Below, piece by piece: positions 1-7,619 of a stretch of DNA of 64,000 nt; the first letter of the stretch is position 1, and each line of letters starts with the position of its first letter. Location of the stretch: the IMG/VR virus record IMGVR_UViG_3300007177_000160, positions 32,001 through 96,000 of that record. One strand, 5' to 3'. The notes under the pieces were generated by a model. That model was not told the origin of the DNA, searched no databases, and worked only from the letters and a program-made list of their open reading frames with translations. The position numbers and the translations under genes are program-made. The stretch is from a virus.

Positions 1-1
1 T

Positions 2-157
2 CCCAATGACGAAGAAAATTTTCCAGTTATTCAGTTTTGTGGAGTAGACGAGTACGAAATCAAGCACGTAGAGCCCTTGGTTCTTTTAATTAATCTCTTG
101 CAGAGTTGCTGCGTAGTAGATGAGTTTGTTATAGATAAACAATTTTCTGATGAGTAA
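2..157 (+). CDS. hypothetical protein, 5'-partial
   Basis: Open frame from the window edge (PNDEENFPVIQFC...FSDE*) that overlaps the next start. Confidence 0.55.
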   Translation, partial: PNDEENFPVIQFCGVDEYEIKHVEPLVLLINLLQSCCVVDEFVIDKQFSDE

Positions 158-422
158 TAAACACATAAAACTATACACAGAAGAACAAATGAGACAAGCA
201 TTCAATTGCGGTAGTTTATATTTAAGCAGGGAAGGCGATACAAATTTTCATCAGTTGATAGACAAACTAACACCCATTGAACTACCAAGTGATGAGGAGA
301 TACGAGAAGAGAGATTGTTACAATTTCCCGATTCTGAATATGCTAACAGGGCAAACGATAGACTTGCCTTTTTATGTGGAGCAAAATTCGTAATAAACAA
401 AATACAAGGAGGTAACAAATGA
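150..422 (+). CDS. small early cassette protein (paralog of 733..1002)
   Basis: Shares IKLYTEEQ, TPIELPSDEEI and GAK.V...IQGGNK with 733..1002. Confidence 0.85.
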   Translation: MSNKHIKLYTEEQMRQAFNCGSLYLSREGDTNFHQLIDKLTPIELPSDEEIREERLLQFPDSEYANRANDRLAFLCGAKFVINKIQGGNK

Positions 423-736
423 GCAACAATAAACAAAGTATGACAAATAATAAACCACACGGATTCTGTGAAACTCCAGAAGAAAAATGCACAATGAATT
501 ATTGTGATGAAAATGGATGTGTCAACAGAAAGAGAAATCTTGTAGGAGACGGAGACCCAATTGATACGAGCAACTATAAACTAAGTAGCGTATATGCAGT
601 AACGGGAGTAGATCACGGGTCAATAGTTACCGCAATGAATGAACAACAAGCCATTGAAATTTTTCAAAAAGTTTATAATGGTGAAGAGATTATTTGCGTT
701 AAGGATATTTCAAATTATAATTTAGAAAACTTATGA
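419..736 (+). CDS. small early cassette protein
   Basis: ATGA-coupled; begins MSNNKQS and carries an internal degenerate copy TSNYKLSSV. Confidence 0.8.
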   Translation: MSNNKQSMTNNKPHGFCETPEEKCTMNYCDENGCVNRKRNLVGDGDPIDTSNYKLSSVYAVTGVDHGSIVTAMNEQQAIEIFQKVYNGEEIICVKDISNYNLENL

Positions 737-1002
737 GCAACAATAAGCAAAGTATAAAACTATATACAGAAGAACAGGTAATAAGAATTGCAAAATTATA
801 TAGACATGAATTATATGTATTATATGCAGCAATGAAAACTGAAACCCCCATCGAACTACCGAGTGATGAGGAGATAGAGGAATATGCAGATAGTGTAATG
901 CCTTATGCAGAAAAAATAGGGGGAGAAACATATACTGCGTATAGAGCAATTAAACTAGGCGCAAAATGGGTGTGTAAAATAATACAAGGAGGTAACAAAT
1001 GA
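733..1002 (+). CDS. small early cassette protein (paralog of 150..422)
   Basis: ATGA-coupled; shares motifs with 150..422. Confidence 0.85.
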   Translation: MSNNKQSIKLYTEEQVIRIAKLYRHELYVLYAAMKTETPIELPSDEEIEEYADSVMPYAEKIGGETYTAYRAIKLGAKWVCKIIQGGNK

Positions 1003-1247
1003 TTTGGTTACTTGGTATTGTATGCATAATTGTCCTAGTTGGAGTACTTTCTGTTGACAATAAAAAACAAAAAGACTTGTTCAGCTTTCTAGTGTCTTTG
1101 CTTATGACTTTATGTTTTTTACTTGGTGTTTTAATGGTAGACGAAGTGGGTATAAAATCAGATAAACCACTTACTCCTTCCGTTAGAATTGAGTGTAAAG
1201 ACGGTAAGTGTGATACTACCTACATTTACATAGGAGATAACAAATGA
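999..1247 (+). CDS. two-TM membrane protein
   Basis: Two hydrophobic stretches; ends IGDNK (junction variant). Confidence 0.8.
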   Translation: MIWLLGIVCIIVLVGVLSVDNKKQKDLFSFLVSLLMTLCFLLGVLMVDEVGIKSDKPLTPSVRIECKDGKCDTTYIYIGDNK

Positions 1248-1510
1248 GCAACAAAAAAAGTAGCATAGAGTACTACATCGTAAACTTGATTAATATACTT
1301 GGAGATGAAATTTGCAACAAAATTACTATTGAACAAAATAATAAGATTGTAATTTTAGAAAAACAAGCCAAAGCAATGCACAAGGAGGAGAAAAAACAAG
1401 TACTCAAAGATTATTTTGCTTGGCATAAGTCAAAAGGATTTGTAAGTCATAAAAAAGAAGATATTGAAGAGTTTATTAACGAAACATTTGAAGGTAACAA
1501 TGAAGATTAA
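1244..1510 (+). CDS. small early cassette protein
   Basis: Starts MSNKKSS and ends EGNNED. Confidence 0.8.
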   Translation: MSNKKSSIEYYIVNLINILGDEICNKITIEQNNKIVILEKQAKAMHKEEKKQVLKDYFAWHKSKGFVSHKKEDIEEFINETFEGNNED

Positions 1511-1694
1511 TCCAATAATTGCAGCACTTTTAACAATGGTAGGGATATACCTATTGATATCATTTGCCATATGGGAACTAAATGCTAAATACTGGAAGAC
1601 AGAAGCAAGGGTAATGTATGCTTTGTTTGCTCCAATATTTGCAGCATTGATGTATTCATCAGTTAAAGTTTGCAACAATCAAAATTACAAATGA
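1500..1694 (+). CDS. small two-TM membrane protein
   Basis: ATG at 1500 follows the junction ggtaaca; two hydrophobic segments. Confidence 0.7.
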   Translation: MKINPIIAALLTMVGIYLLISFAIWELNAKYWKTEARVMYALFAPIFAALMYSSVKVCNNQNYK

Positions 1695-1714
1695 GCGGAG
1701 GAAGATTTGAGTAA
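1691..1714 (+). pseudogene. truncated cassette remnant MSGGRFE*
   Basis: acaaATGAgc junction identical in form to the upstream cassettes, followed by a stop after 7 codons. Confidence 0.4.
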
Positions 1715-1753
1715 ACTAGATTTTGCTCAATAAAGCATATCACTTTATTATTT

Positions 1754-1782
1754 GCCACTAATTGATTGTTAGTGGCTTTTTT
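1754..1782 (+). terminator. intrinsic terminator closing the cassette array
   Basis: gccactaa-ttgattg-ttagtggc followed by a T-run. Confidence 0.8.
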
Positions 1783-1816
1783 GAGGGTGCTTTTGAGGGA
1801 GCTCTTGAGGGTGCTA
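1781..1816. repeat. 3 x 12-bp tandem repeat ttgagggWgctN
   Basis: ttgagggtgctt / ttgagggagctc / ttgagggtgcta. Confidence 0.9.
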
Positions 1817-1927
1817 TTTGTGAAAAAATCACAATAAGTTGTCATTAAAGTACCAAAATGATGGATTTATGCGTCATTAATGACCATTTATCACATTAAA
1901 GTAGGATTTATCATACATTTTAAAACT

Positions 1928-2233
1928 ATGGAAAACACTAAAAGCATTAAAAGCATTAAAAGTACTAAAAGCATTAAAGAAAAATCGTTTGAAGAAGTAC
2001 TCGCAGAATTAGATCAAATGATTGAAGCAGACATGCTTAAGTTTAAAGAAGCACTAGATAATCTTTCTCTAAGGGAGAATACTAATGCTTATTTTGAACA
2101 GGAAGAAACGTTAATAGAAGAGTTTGAAACTCCGCAAATTTTTAGTAATTTAGCGGAAAATCAAACCAACTTTATTAACAGTGACGAAGATTCAAGACTC
2201 TCTAACTATGTCCAGGATAGCATCTCTGACTAA
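1928..2233 (+). CDS. acidic hypothetical protein with N-terminal (T/I)KS repeats
   Basis: ATG 1928 in frame with the track ORF; 9-bp repeats at about 1937-1980. Confidence 0.7.
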   Translation: MENTKSIKSIKSTKSIKEKSFEEVLAELDQMIEADMLKFKEALDNLSLRENTNAYFEQEETLIEEFETPQIFSNLAENQTNFINSDEDSRLSNYVQDSISD

Positions 2234-2237
2234 TAAG

Positions 2238-2381
2238 ATGAGTCCTCAGTTTATTGACCACTGTAACACGAATGGAATTGACTTAATTAAGTGGTACAGA
2301 TGGCAATTACATCTTATTTGGGAACAAAGAAATATTTCCCGCATACACTCAGGTTACTTTAAGAAATCAAAAAAGAAATAA
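2238..2381 (+). CDS. hypothetical protein
   Basis: ATG just after the previous stop; tight gene packing. Confidence 0.55.
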   Translation: MSPQFIDHCNTNGIDLIKWYRWQLHLIWEQRNISRIHSGYFKKSKKK

Positions 2382-2382
2382 A

Positions 2383-2610
2383 ATGTACAAGGTAGTATTT
2401 GAATTTAATCACGATGAAGTAGAAATCGTGCAAGTTTTAGAGAAAAGCGGTGAAGACTGGGTTTTAGTAAAAGATAAAGAATTACTGGATAGAATCGAAA
2501 GAAAGTTCTTATCTACTAAAAGCAAAAATCCTTCATCAAAAGGTTACGGTCAAGTAGTCTACACAGAAAACTTGACATACGTAACAGGAAGTTTTGAGAG
2601 TATTAAATAA
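2383..2610 (+). CDS. hypothetical protein
   Basis: ORF track, operon packing. Confidence 0.7.
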   Translation: MYKVVFEFNHDEVEIVQVLEKSGEDWVLVKDKELLDRIERKFLSTKSKNPSSKGYGQVVYTENLTYVTGSFESIK

Positions 2611-2615
2611 GAACT

Positions 2616-2858
2616 ATGGGCTACGATGAATATTTATTTAGCTGTCTTCTCAAAGAATATGATGAAGATTTTGCTAGCTTACCTTATGATGAGCAATTCG
2701 ACAATCTACCTAGACTCTATAAAGAGTTTGAAAAATCCCCTTTCAACGAAAAAGAAGAGCCACTTTATGCTTGTATTGAAAGATACCTACTAGATAAAGA
2801 GGCTAATCAAAACGATGAAATGGACCTTGATGACGATGAACTAGACTACATCATTTAA
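2616..2858 (+). CDS. acidic hypothetical protein
   Basis: ORF track; followed by a terminator. Confidence 0.75.
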   Translation: MGYDEYLFSCLLKEYDEDFASLPYDEQFDNLPRLYKEFEKSPFNEKEEPLYACIERYLLDKEANQNDEMDLDDDELDYII

Positions 2859-2862
2859 CGAT

Positions 2863-2889
2863 AAGGCCAGTTAGTAGCTGGCCTTTTTT
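2863..2889 (+). terminator. intrinsic terminator
   Basis: aaggccag...ctggcctt stem plus T-run. Confidence 0.8.
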
Positions 2890-2892
2890 ATT

Positions 2893-3099
2893 ATGCAACA
2901 GATTTACGTTCAACTACAAATTAACACCGATCCTTCTATAGATTCGCAGCTTGTTTGGGTAGTGTATAATCTAGCAAACACCATTTACAAAGTATTCCCA
3001 GAAAATCAAGAACAACAAGCTTATAACTATAAATCGGAGCAAGAAAAACAATTTAAAACCAATGGATTTATTAGTAACACATCCCGTAAAGAAATCTGA
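2893..3099 (+). CDS. hypothetical protein
   Basis: ORF track. Confidence 0.6.
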   Translation: MQQIYVQLQINTDPSIDSQLVWVVYNLANTIYKVFPENQEQQAYNYKSEQEKQFKTNGFISNTSRKEI

Positions 3100-3460
3100 C
3101 CTTGGATTTCATGGTAATCTCTTTGGGGGTCAACTCCTTAGTTGGACTGATGCAGCTCTTGCCGCCTATGCAATGGAGAAATGCCACACACAAAATATGA
3201 TTACCATATCTATCGACCAGTGCGTATTTAAAAAACCAGCTAAAGAAAAGCATTTGGTTAAGATCTACGCTGAAATGATTCGTATAGGTAACACCTCAGC
3301 TACCTTCAGAGTAGAAGCTCGAGCATATAATGTATTTAGAGAAGATGAAGTTATTCTCTTACAAACCTGTATGACTTTTGTTCGAGTAGACGAAGAAGGA
3401 GAACCCATTCCTATTTCTAAACAAGTAAAAGAAACCTTTCAATCTAAAAACCAACTTTAA
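3062..3460 (+). CDS. acyl-CoA thioesterase (hotdog fold, YciA-like)
   Basis: DLGFHGNLFGGQLLSWTDAA motif; F.KP...G.TS...FV.VD..G.P pattern. Confidence 0.9.
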   Translation: MDLLVTHPVKKSDLGFHGNLFGGQLLSWTDAALAAYAMEKCHTQNMITISIDQCVFKKPAKEKHLVKIYAEMIRIGNTSATFRVEARAYNVFREDEVILLQTCMTFVRVDEEGEPIPISKQVKETFQSKNQL

Positions 3461-3463
3461 TTA

Positions 3464-4033
3464 ATGAAAAGATTATTTATTGTAGCGTTACTGGCGCTAT
3501 GCTCTGCTATTGCAGTAGGTCAAACATTCTCAGGTATTCCGTTAAGCGGAAACGTAGATGTATTCAGACAAAAACTAGCCACTAAAGGCTTTGTTTATCA
3601 AAAAACCATTGCCAGTGGTTATCTCTACACAGGTAAAATTGCGAATGAAAAAGTAGATGTATATGTAATGCACACTCGTAAGAACCGCTACGTTTATAAG
3701 GTTGTAGTGTATTTTCCAGAGAACTTTACTTTTGAGCGTTTAATTTCAAATTATGAAGAGAAAGTAGCAGTTTTAATTTCTAAATACGGAGAGCCATCTG
3801 ATTCCTTTGATTATTTTACGAGTCCTTATTTTTATGGCGACGGCTATGAGTTACAAGCAGTAAGTTCAGGAAACTATACAAAATTTTGTGTTTGGACAGA
3901 AGGAGTACATAGTGACTTTCCTAAACTTGTACAGGTTAGCCGTACAAACTGTGTTATGATTATGTACGAAAACACAGAGAACGTAGAAATCAAAAAACAA
4001 GAAGATCTCCAACAAATGCAGAACGGTCTGTAG
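3464..4033 (+). CDS. secreted/periplasmic protein with signal peptide
   Basis: MKRLFIVALLALCSAIAVGQ, a Bacteroidota-style signal peptide with Gln at +1. Confidence 0.8.
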   Translation: MKRLFIVALLALCSAIAVGQTFSGIPLSGNVDVFRQKLATKGFVYQKTIASGYLYTGKIANEKVDVYVMHTRKNRYVYKVVVYFPENFTFERLISNYEEKVAVLISKYGEPSDSFDYFTSPYFYGDGYELQAVSSGNYTKFCVWTEGVHSDFPKLVQVSRTNCVMIMYENTENVEIKKQEDLQQMQNGL

Positions 4034-4036
4034 GTT

Positions 4037-4255
4037 ATGAGACGGCTTAAAGAATTTGCACCAGGGGATAAGGTTTGTTATCAACCCGATCACTGGAAAG
4101 AGCAAGGAAGATTTGAAAACGGTATAGTAAAAGAATTTATTGGCGAGCACAACGAAATCAGAGTTGTGTATCACTGTGGAGGTGACTGGGATAATTACAA
4201 AAACTATACTGGTGCTCTTACTCCTGTAAAACATTTAAAACTAGGATGGAAATAA
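4037..4255 (+). CDS. hypothetical protein
   Basis: ORF track, operon packing. Confidence 0.7.
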   Translation: MRRLKEFAPGDKVCYQPDHWKEQGRFENGIVKEFIGEHNEIRVVYHCGGDWDNYKNYTGALTPVKHLKLGWK

Positions 4256-4512
4256 TGACAAAAGAACTAAAAATACCAACAGCAGAAGAATTTTTAAAAC
4301 AAAGAGATTGCATTAATAGTACAGAAGATTTTTTTAATGATGTACAACCGATTGACTTAATTGAATTTGCTAAACTACACACTCAAGCAGCATTGAAAGC
4401 AGCAGCAGAAAGTGCTAAAATTATTAACAAACCTAGATTCCCAGGTGATTACAATCCTGTAGTTGATGAAGATTCAATTCTAGACGCTTATCCTTTAAAT
4501 AATGTCAAATGA
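4246..4512 (+). CDS. hypothetical phage protein
   Basis: ORF track; overlaps neighbouring genes. Confidence 0.75.
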   Translation: MEIMTKELKIPTAEEFLKQRDCINSTEDFFNDVQPIDLIEFAKLHTQAALKAAAESAKIINKPRFPGDYNPVVDEDSILDAYPLNNVK

Positions 4513-4796
4513 CAAAACAAGAATTAGAGACACTGAACGGGTTGTTTAATAAAAAATCTACTCTTGAATCAAGACTCAATGAAGTTACTTTTCCTGTTGA
4601 TGCTAACTATAGAATTAAAAATGTAGAAGTTGAGGTGGAGTATTATACCAGAAACGGAGCTGTTCGACCTATTTTAAAAAAATTACCAATGACAAACCAA
4701 GAAGTCAGGCATTACTTAAATAGAGAAAGAAATAAAATAATGCTAGAACTCCTTGACATCAATCATCAAATCGATAAAGTAAAAATAACAAAATGA
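4509..4796 (+). CDS. hypothetical protein
   Basis: ATGA-coupled. Confidence 0.75.
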   Translation: MTKQELETLNGLFNKKSTLESRLNEVTFPVDANYRIKNVEVEVEYYTRNGAVRPILKKLPMTNQEVRHYLNRERNKIMLELLDINHQIDKVKITK

Positions 4797-4825
4797 AAAA
4801 TACCGTTGAACTGTTAGGATATTAG
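4793..4825 (+). pseudogene. remnant 5' end of a former thyX allele (MKNTVELLGY*)
   Basis: ATGA-coupled mini-ORF; VELLGY aligns with VQLLSH at the start of thyX 5623. Confidence 0.55.
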
Positions 4826-4826
4826 A

Positions 4827-4858
4827 TTTGAATTTGAGTAGAAATATCACTATATTTG
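4827..4858 (+). promoter_or_regulatory. Bacteroidota housekeeping promoter (-33 TTTG, -7 TAnnTTTG)
   Basis: TTTG 4827-4830, 20-nt spacer, TATATTTG 4851-4858. Confidence 0.75.
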
Positions 4859-4862
4859 TTTT

Positions 4863-5657
4863 ATGAATTCAGGAGTATACGCTATTGTATGTAGAGCCAA
4901 TAATAAATTTTATATTGGCTCTTCTGTTAATCTATCAAAACGAATAAATCAGCATAAAAAAGCACTTGAAAATAAAAGGCATAAAAATCCACATTTACAA
5001 AATGCTTATAATTTATTTGGAAAAAATGAATTTTACTATCTTATAATAGATTATTGTCTAGATACTCTTGAGAAAGAACAATATTGGATTACTTCAACTT
5101 TTTGTTATGATAGAAAAATAGGTTTTAATAACACTAAAAAAGCAAACGCTCCTTTAGGTTATAAACATACTTCCGAGTCTAGAAAAATTATGTCTGATAT
5201 TAAAAAACAACAATACAAAGAAGGAAAAATTGCTTCTAATTTTAAATTTAGAACTGTTACAAAACATTCAGAAGAAACTAAAGAAAAAATAAGACAAACA
5301 AAGTTAGGTGAAAAAAATCCTATGTATGGTAAAAAACTCTCTCAAAAAGAAAAAGAAGACAAGAGCAGAGCTATGAATTCTGTACCAAGATGGAATGCAG
5401 GAAAAACCTCAAAAGACGATCCTAGGTTGTTAAAATTAGCAACATGGAAAGGAAAATTGCCCCCTAATGCTAAAAAATGTAGACTTATTAATGAGTTAGA
5501 AAATGTAGACATTCAAGCAAATTCTTTAAAAGAGTTATCAGAAAAATCTAAAATTCCTCAAATAGCAATAAGCAGAATTTTAAAAAACAAGAGTAAAAAA
5601 TATAAAAATTATAAAATTATTTATGAAAGTACAACTTTTATCCCATTGGGGAAATGA
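4863..5657 (+). mobile_element. free-standing GIY-YIG homing endonuclease with NUMOD3 repeats
   Basis: SGVYAI...FYIGSS..L.KR...H; KHTSESRK, KHSEETKEKI and GEKNPMYGK motifs. Confidence 0.9.
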
Positions 5658-6270
5658 TATGACTATTTGTGACGTAGCTCGTGTAAGTTACGGTAAAGAA
5701 GCAAGTAATTATACAGAAGAACAAAATGCTAAACTTCTTAAGTATTTGTGGGAACACGGACACACATCTCCATTTAGACATCCTCATTTACAGTTTAGAA
5801 TTAAGTGTCCCATCTTTGTAGAAAGGCAACTTTTTAAACATGTTGTGGGAGTAAGTGTAAACTCTATTAGTGGACGTTATGTAGACTTCAGTGATGAATA
5901 TTATAAGGTTCCTGAAGGAGAATGGCGTAAACAATCTAAAAGTAGTAAGCAAGGCAGTGATGGACTATGTGATGCTCAAAAAATTCCAGATGAAGTACAA
6001 AGAGAAGTTATTAGAACTTGTAAAAATGCTTATGCATATTTAGTAGGACTTGGTGTAAGTAAAGAACAAGCTAGATTAGTTCTTCCTTTATCTCTTATGA
6101 CTGAATTTATTTGGACTGGTAGTTTACAAGCATTTTTGCACATGTATGCTCTTAGAAGTAAACCAGATACTCAAAAAGAAACTAGAGACGTAGTTCTTGA
6201 AATGATGAGTCAATTAGAAAACATAGAAGGCAATCCGTTTGAGCATACTCTGAAAATGATTAAACCTTAA
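5623..6270 (+). CDS. thyX: flavin-dependent thymidylate synthase
   Basis: ARVSY, HTSPFRH, PIFVERQLFKH...SISGRY and KEQARLVLP motifs. Confidence 0.95.
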   Translation: MKVQLLSHWGNDMTICDVARVSYGKEASNYTEEQNAKLLKYLWEHGHTSPFRHPHLQFRIKCPIFVERQLFKHVVGVSVNSISGRYVDFSDEYYKVPEGEWRKQSKSSKQGSDGLCDAQKIPDEVQREVIRTCKNAYAYLVGLGVSKEQARLVLPLSLMTEFIWTGSLQAFLHMYALRSKPDTQKETRDVVLEMMSQLENIEGNPFEHTLKMIKP

Positions 6271-6274
6271 AAGT

Positions 6275-6556
6275 ATGAAAAAGGCTAACAAAGAACAGAA
6301 ACAAATCTCAATCCAAGTTAATGGTCCTATGTTAGAAGTCTTAGTGCATTGTACAACAGAGGCACAGACTATTAAAAAACTGAAAGAACTAAAAAACTTA
6401 ATCAATCCGCCTAGAGAGAAAGTAGTTAGCCGTGTACGGGTTAGATGGCAAGTAAAATCTCGCGTAGACTACATTGAACCTCGAGGCAAAATTCTTGGAA
6501 AACATCATTTCCAAATTATTCACAATCACCCCAACCACCCTTTAAATTTTAAATAA
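6275..6556 (+). CDS. hypothetical basic protein
   Basis: ORF track. Confidence 0.65.
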   Translation: MKKANKEQKQISIQVNGPMLEVLVHCTTEAQTIKKLKELKNLINPPREKVVSRVRVRWQVKSRVDYIEPRGKILGKHHFQIIHNHPNHPLNFK

Positions 6557-6831
6557 TGACAAAATCAACCAATCCGTCTGCTTTAGAAGATGTGTACAAA
6601 ACGCTAAAATCTCTTGACTTATCCTCAGGAGAAGGATTAATTTTTCTTGGTGTAGAGCCCTCAGAAACCGAAGGAGAATCTCGCCTTATTGCTACACTGC
6701 AAGGTAATCCTGCTAGAGTAACTGAAGCAGTCTACCAAGCAATGATTGCCGATGATGATTTAGCTAATATTATTCAGGCGGCTGCTTTCAAATTTTTTAT
6801 GGACTCCCAAGAAACTACAAGTAAAAACTAA
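6556..6831 (+). CDS. hypothetical protein
   Basis: ORF track, TAATG overlap. Confidence 0.75.
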   Translation: MTKSTNPSALEDVYKTLKSLDLSSGEGLIFLGVEPSETEGESRLIATLQGNPARVTEAVYQAMIADDDLANIIQAAAFKFFMDSQETTSKN

Positions 6832-6834
6832 ACT

Positions 6835-7548
6835 ATGACAATTCAATCATTTCGTAACGCAGAATTAGACAATGTAATCCTAGAAATAGGAGACCAAGAC
6901 GAGTGGAAGCAACTAGCCGCAGAAATGGGCTTAGAAAAACAAATGGAGTTTGTTCAGGCTGCTAAATCTCCACTTCCCTACCCTTACATGAACCAAAGTA
7001 TGCAGAATATCTTTGGTACACTTTGTTCTACTAAAATTGATTTTAAAGAATATTCCAAGACTCCTATACCATTAGAAGTTATGCGAGAGCTTGCTTTCTG
7101 TAAATCAGAAAAGTATTTCAGTGACATCAAAATCTGGTATGATGATAAAACACCAGATCCAATTGCTGTAGGAAGAACTACTAGGTACTCTGCTAGCTAT
7201 TACAAAACTCAAGAAGAAAAAGAAAAAGGTAGTTATTACAACAGATTAAGTACACCTTATGACTTTACTTCCAAAGAACAAGCAAAAGATTATGTTGAAA
7301 CTATGGGTTATGTTTATAATGACTATAACTCACAAACTAATGACTATTTAATTGCTAGATGGGCTGATGAGTTAAGACCTATGGAAGAATTAAAGAAGTT
7401 AGCTTTAGATAGACTTAAAGACAAGTACATGAGCGAATGGAACAAAGCTATTAAAGAACTTCAATCTAAAGTAAATACAGCCTCAGAGACATTAAACCTA
7501 TATCTAATGGGTGAAATCTCTGAATGGGATTTAAGAAGGAACCTCTAA
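6835..7548 (+). CDS. hypothetical phage protein
   Basis: 237-aa ORF followed by a terminator. Confidence 0.85.
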   Translation: MTIQSFRNAELDNVILEIGDQDEWKQLAAEMGLEKQMEFVQAAKSPLPYPYMNQSMQNIFGTLCSTKIDFKEYSKTPIPLEVMRELAFCKSEKYFSDIKIWYDDKTPDPIAVGRTTRYSASYYKTQEEKEKGSYYNRLSTPYDFTSKEQAKDYVETMGYVYNDYNSQTNDYLIARWADELRPMEELKKLALDRLKDKYMSEWNKAIKELQSKVNTASETLNLYLMGEISEWDLRRNL

Positions 7549-7565
7549 GTAAATTAACCTTAATT

Positions 7566-7592
7566 AAAGCCTCGAGAAATCGGGGCTTTTTT
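7566..7592 (+). terminator. intrinsic terminator
   Basis: aaagcctcga-GAAA-tcggggcttt plus T-run. Confidence 0.85.
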
Positions 7593-7619
7593 GTTTAACC
7601 ATTATCGTAAAACTAAATT

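Larger units (their letters stand above)
401..1696 (+). repeat. conserved gene-junction repeat (GG(A)GGTAACAAATGAGCAACAATAA-like)
   Basis: Exact 22-mer aatacaaggaggtaacaaatga at 401-422 and 981-1002; variants at about 565-590, 733-755, 1231-1258, 1489-1503 and 1684-1696. Confidence 0.85.

Noticed and set aside
1781-1980. CRISPR array
   Set aside because: Repeats are 9-12 bp and contiguous, with no spacers and no cas genes
4826-5657. GIY-YIG gene inside a group I intron
   Set aside because: Flanks are too short and no P/Q/R/S core is present; the ORF directly overlaps thyX
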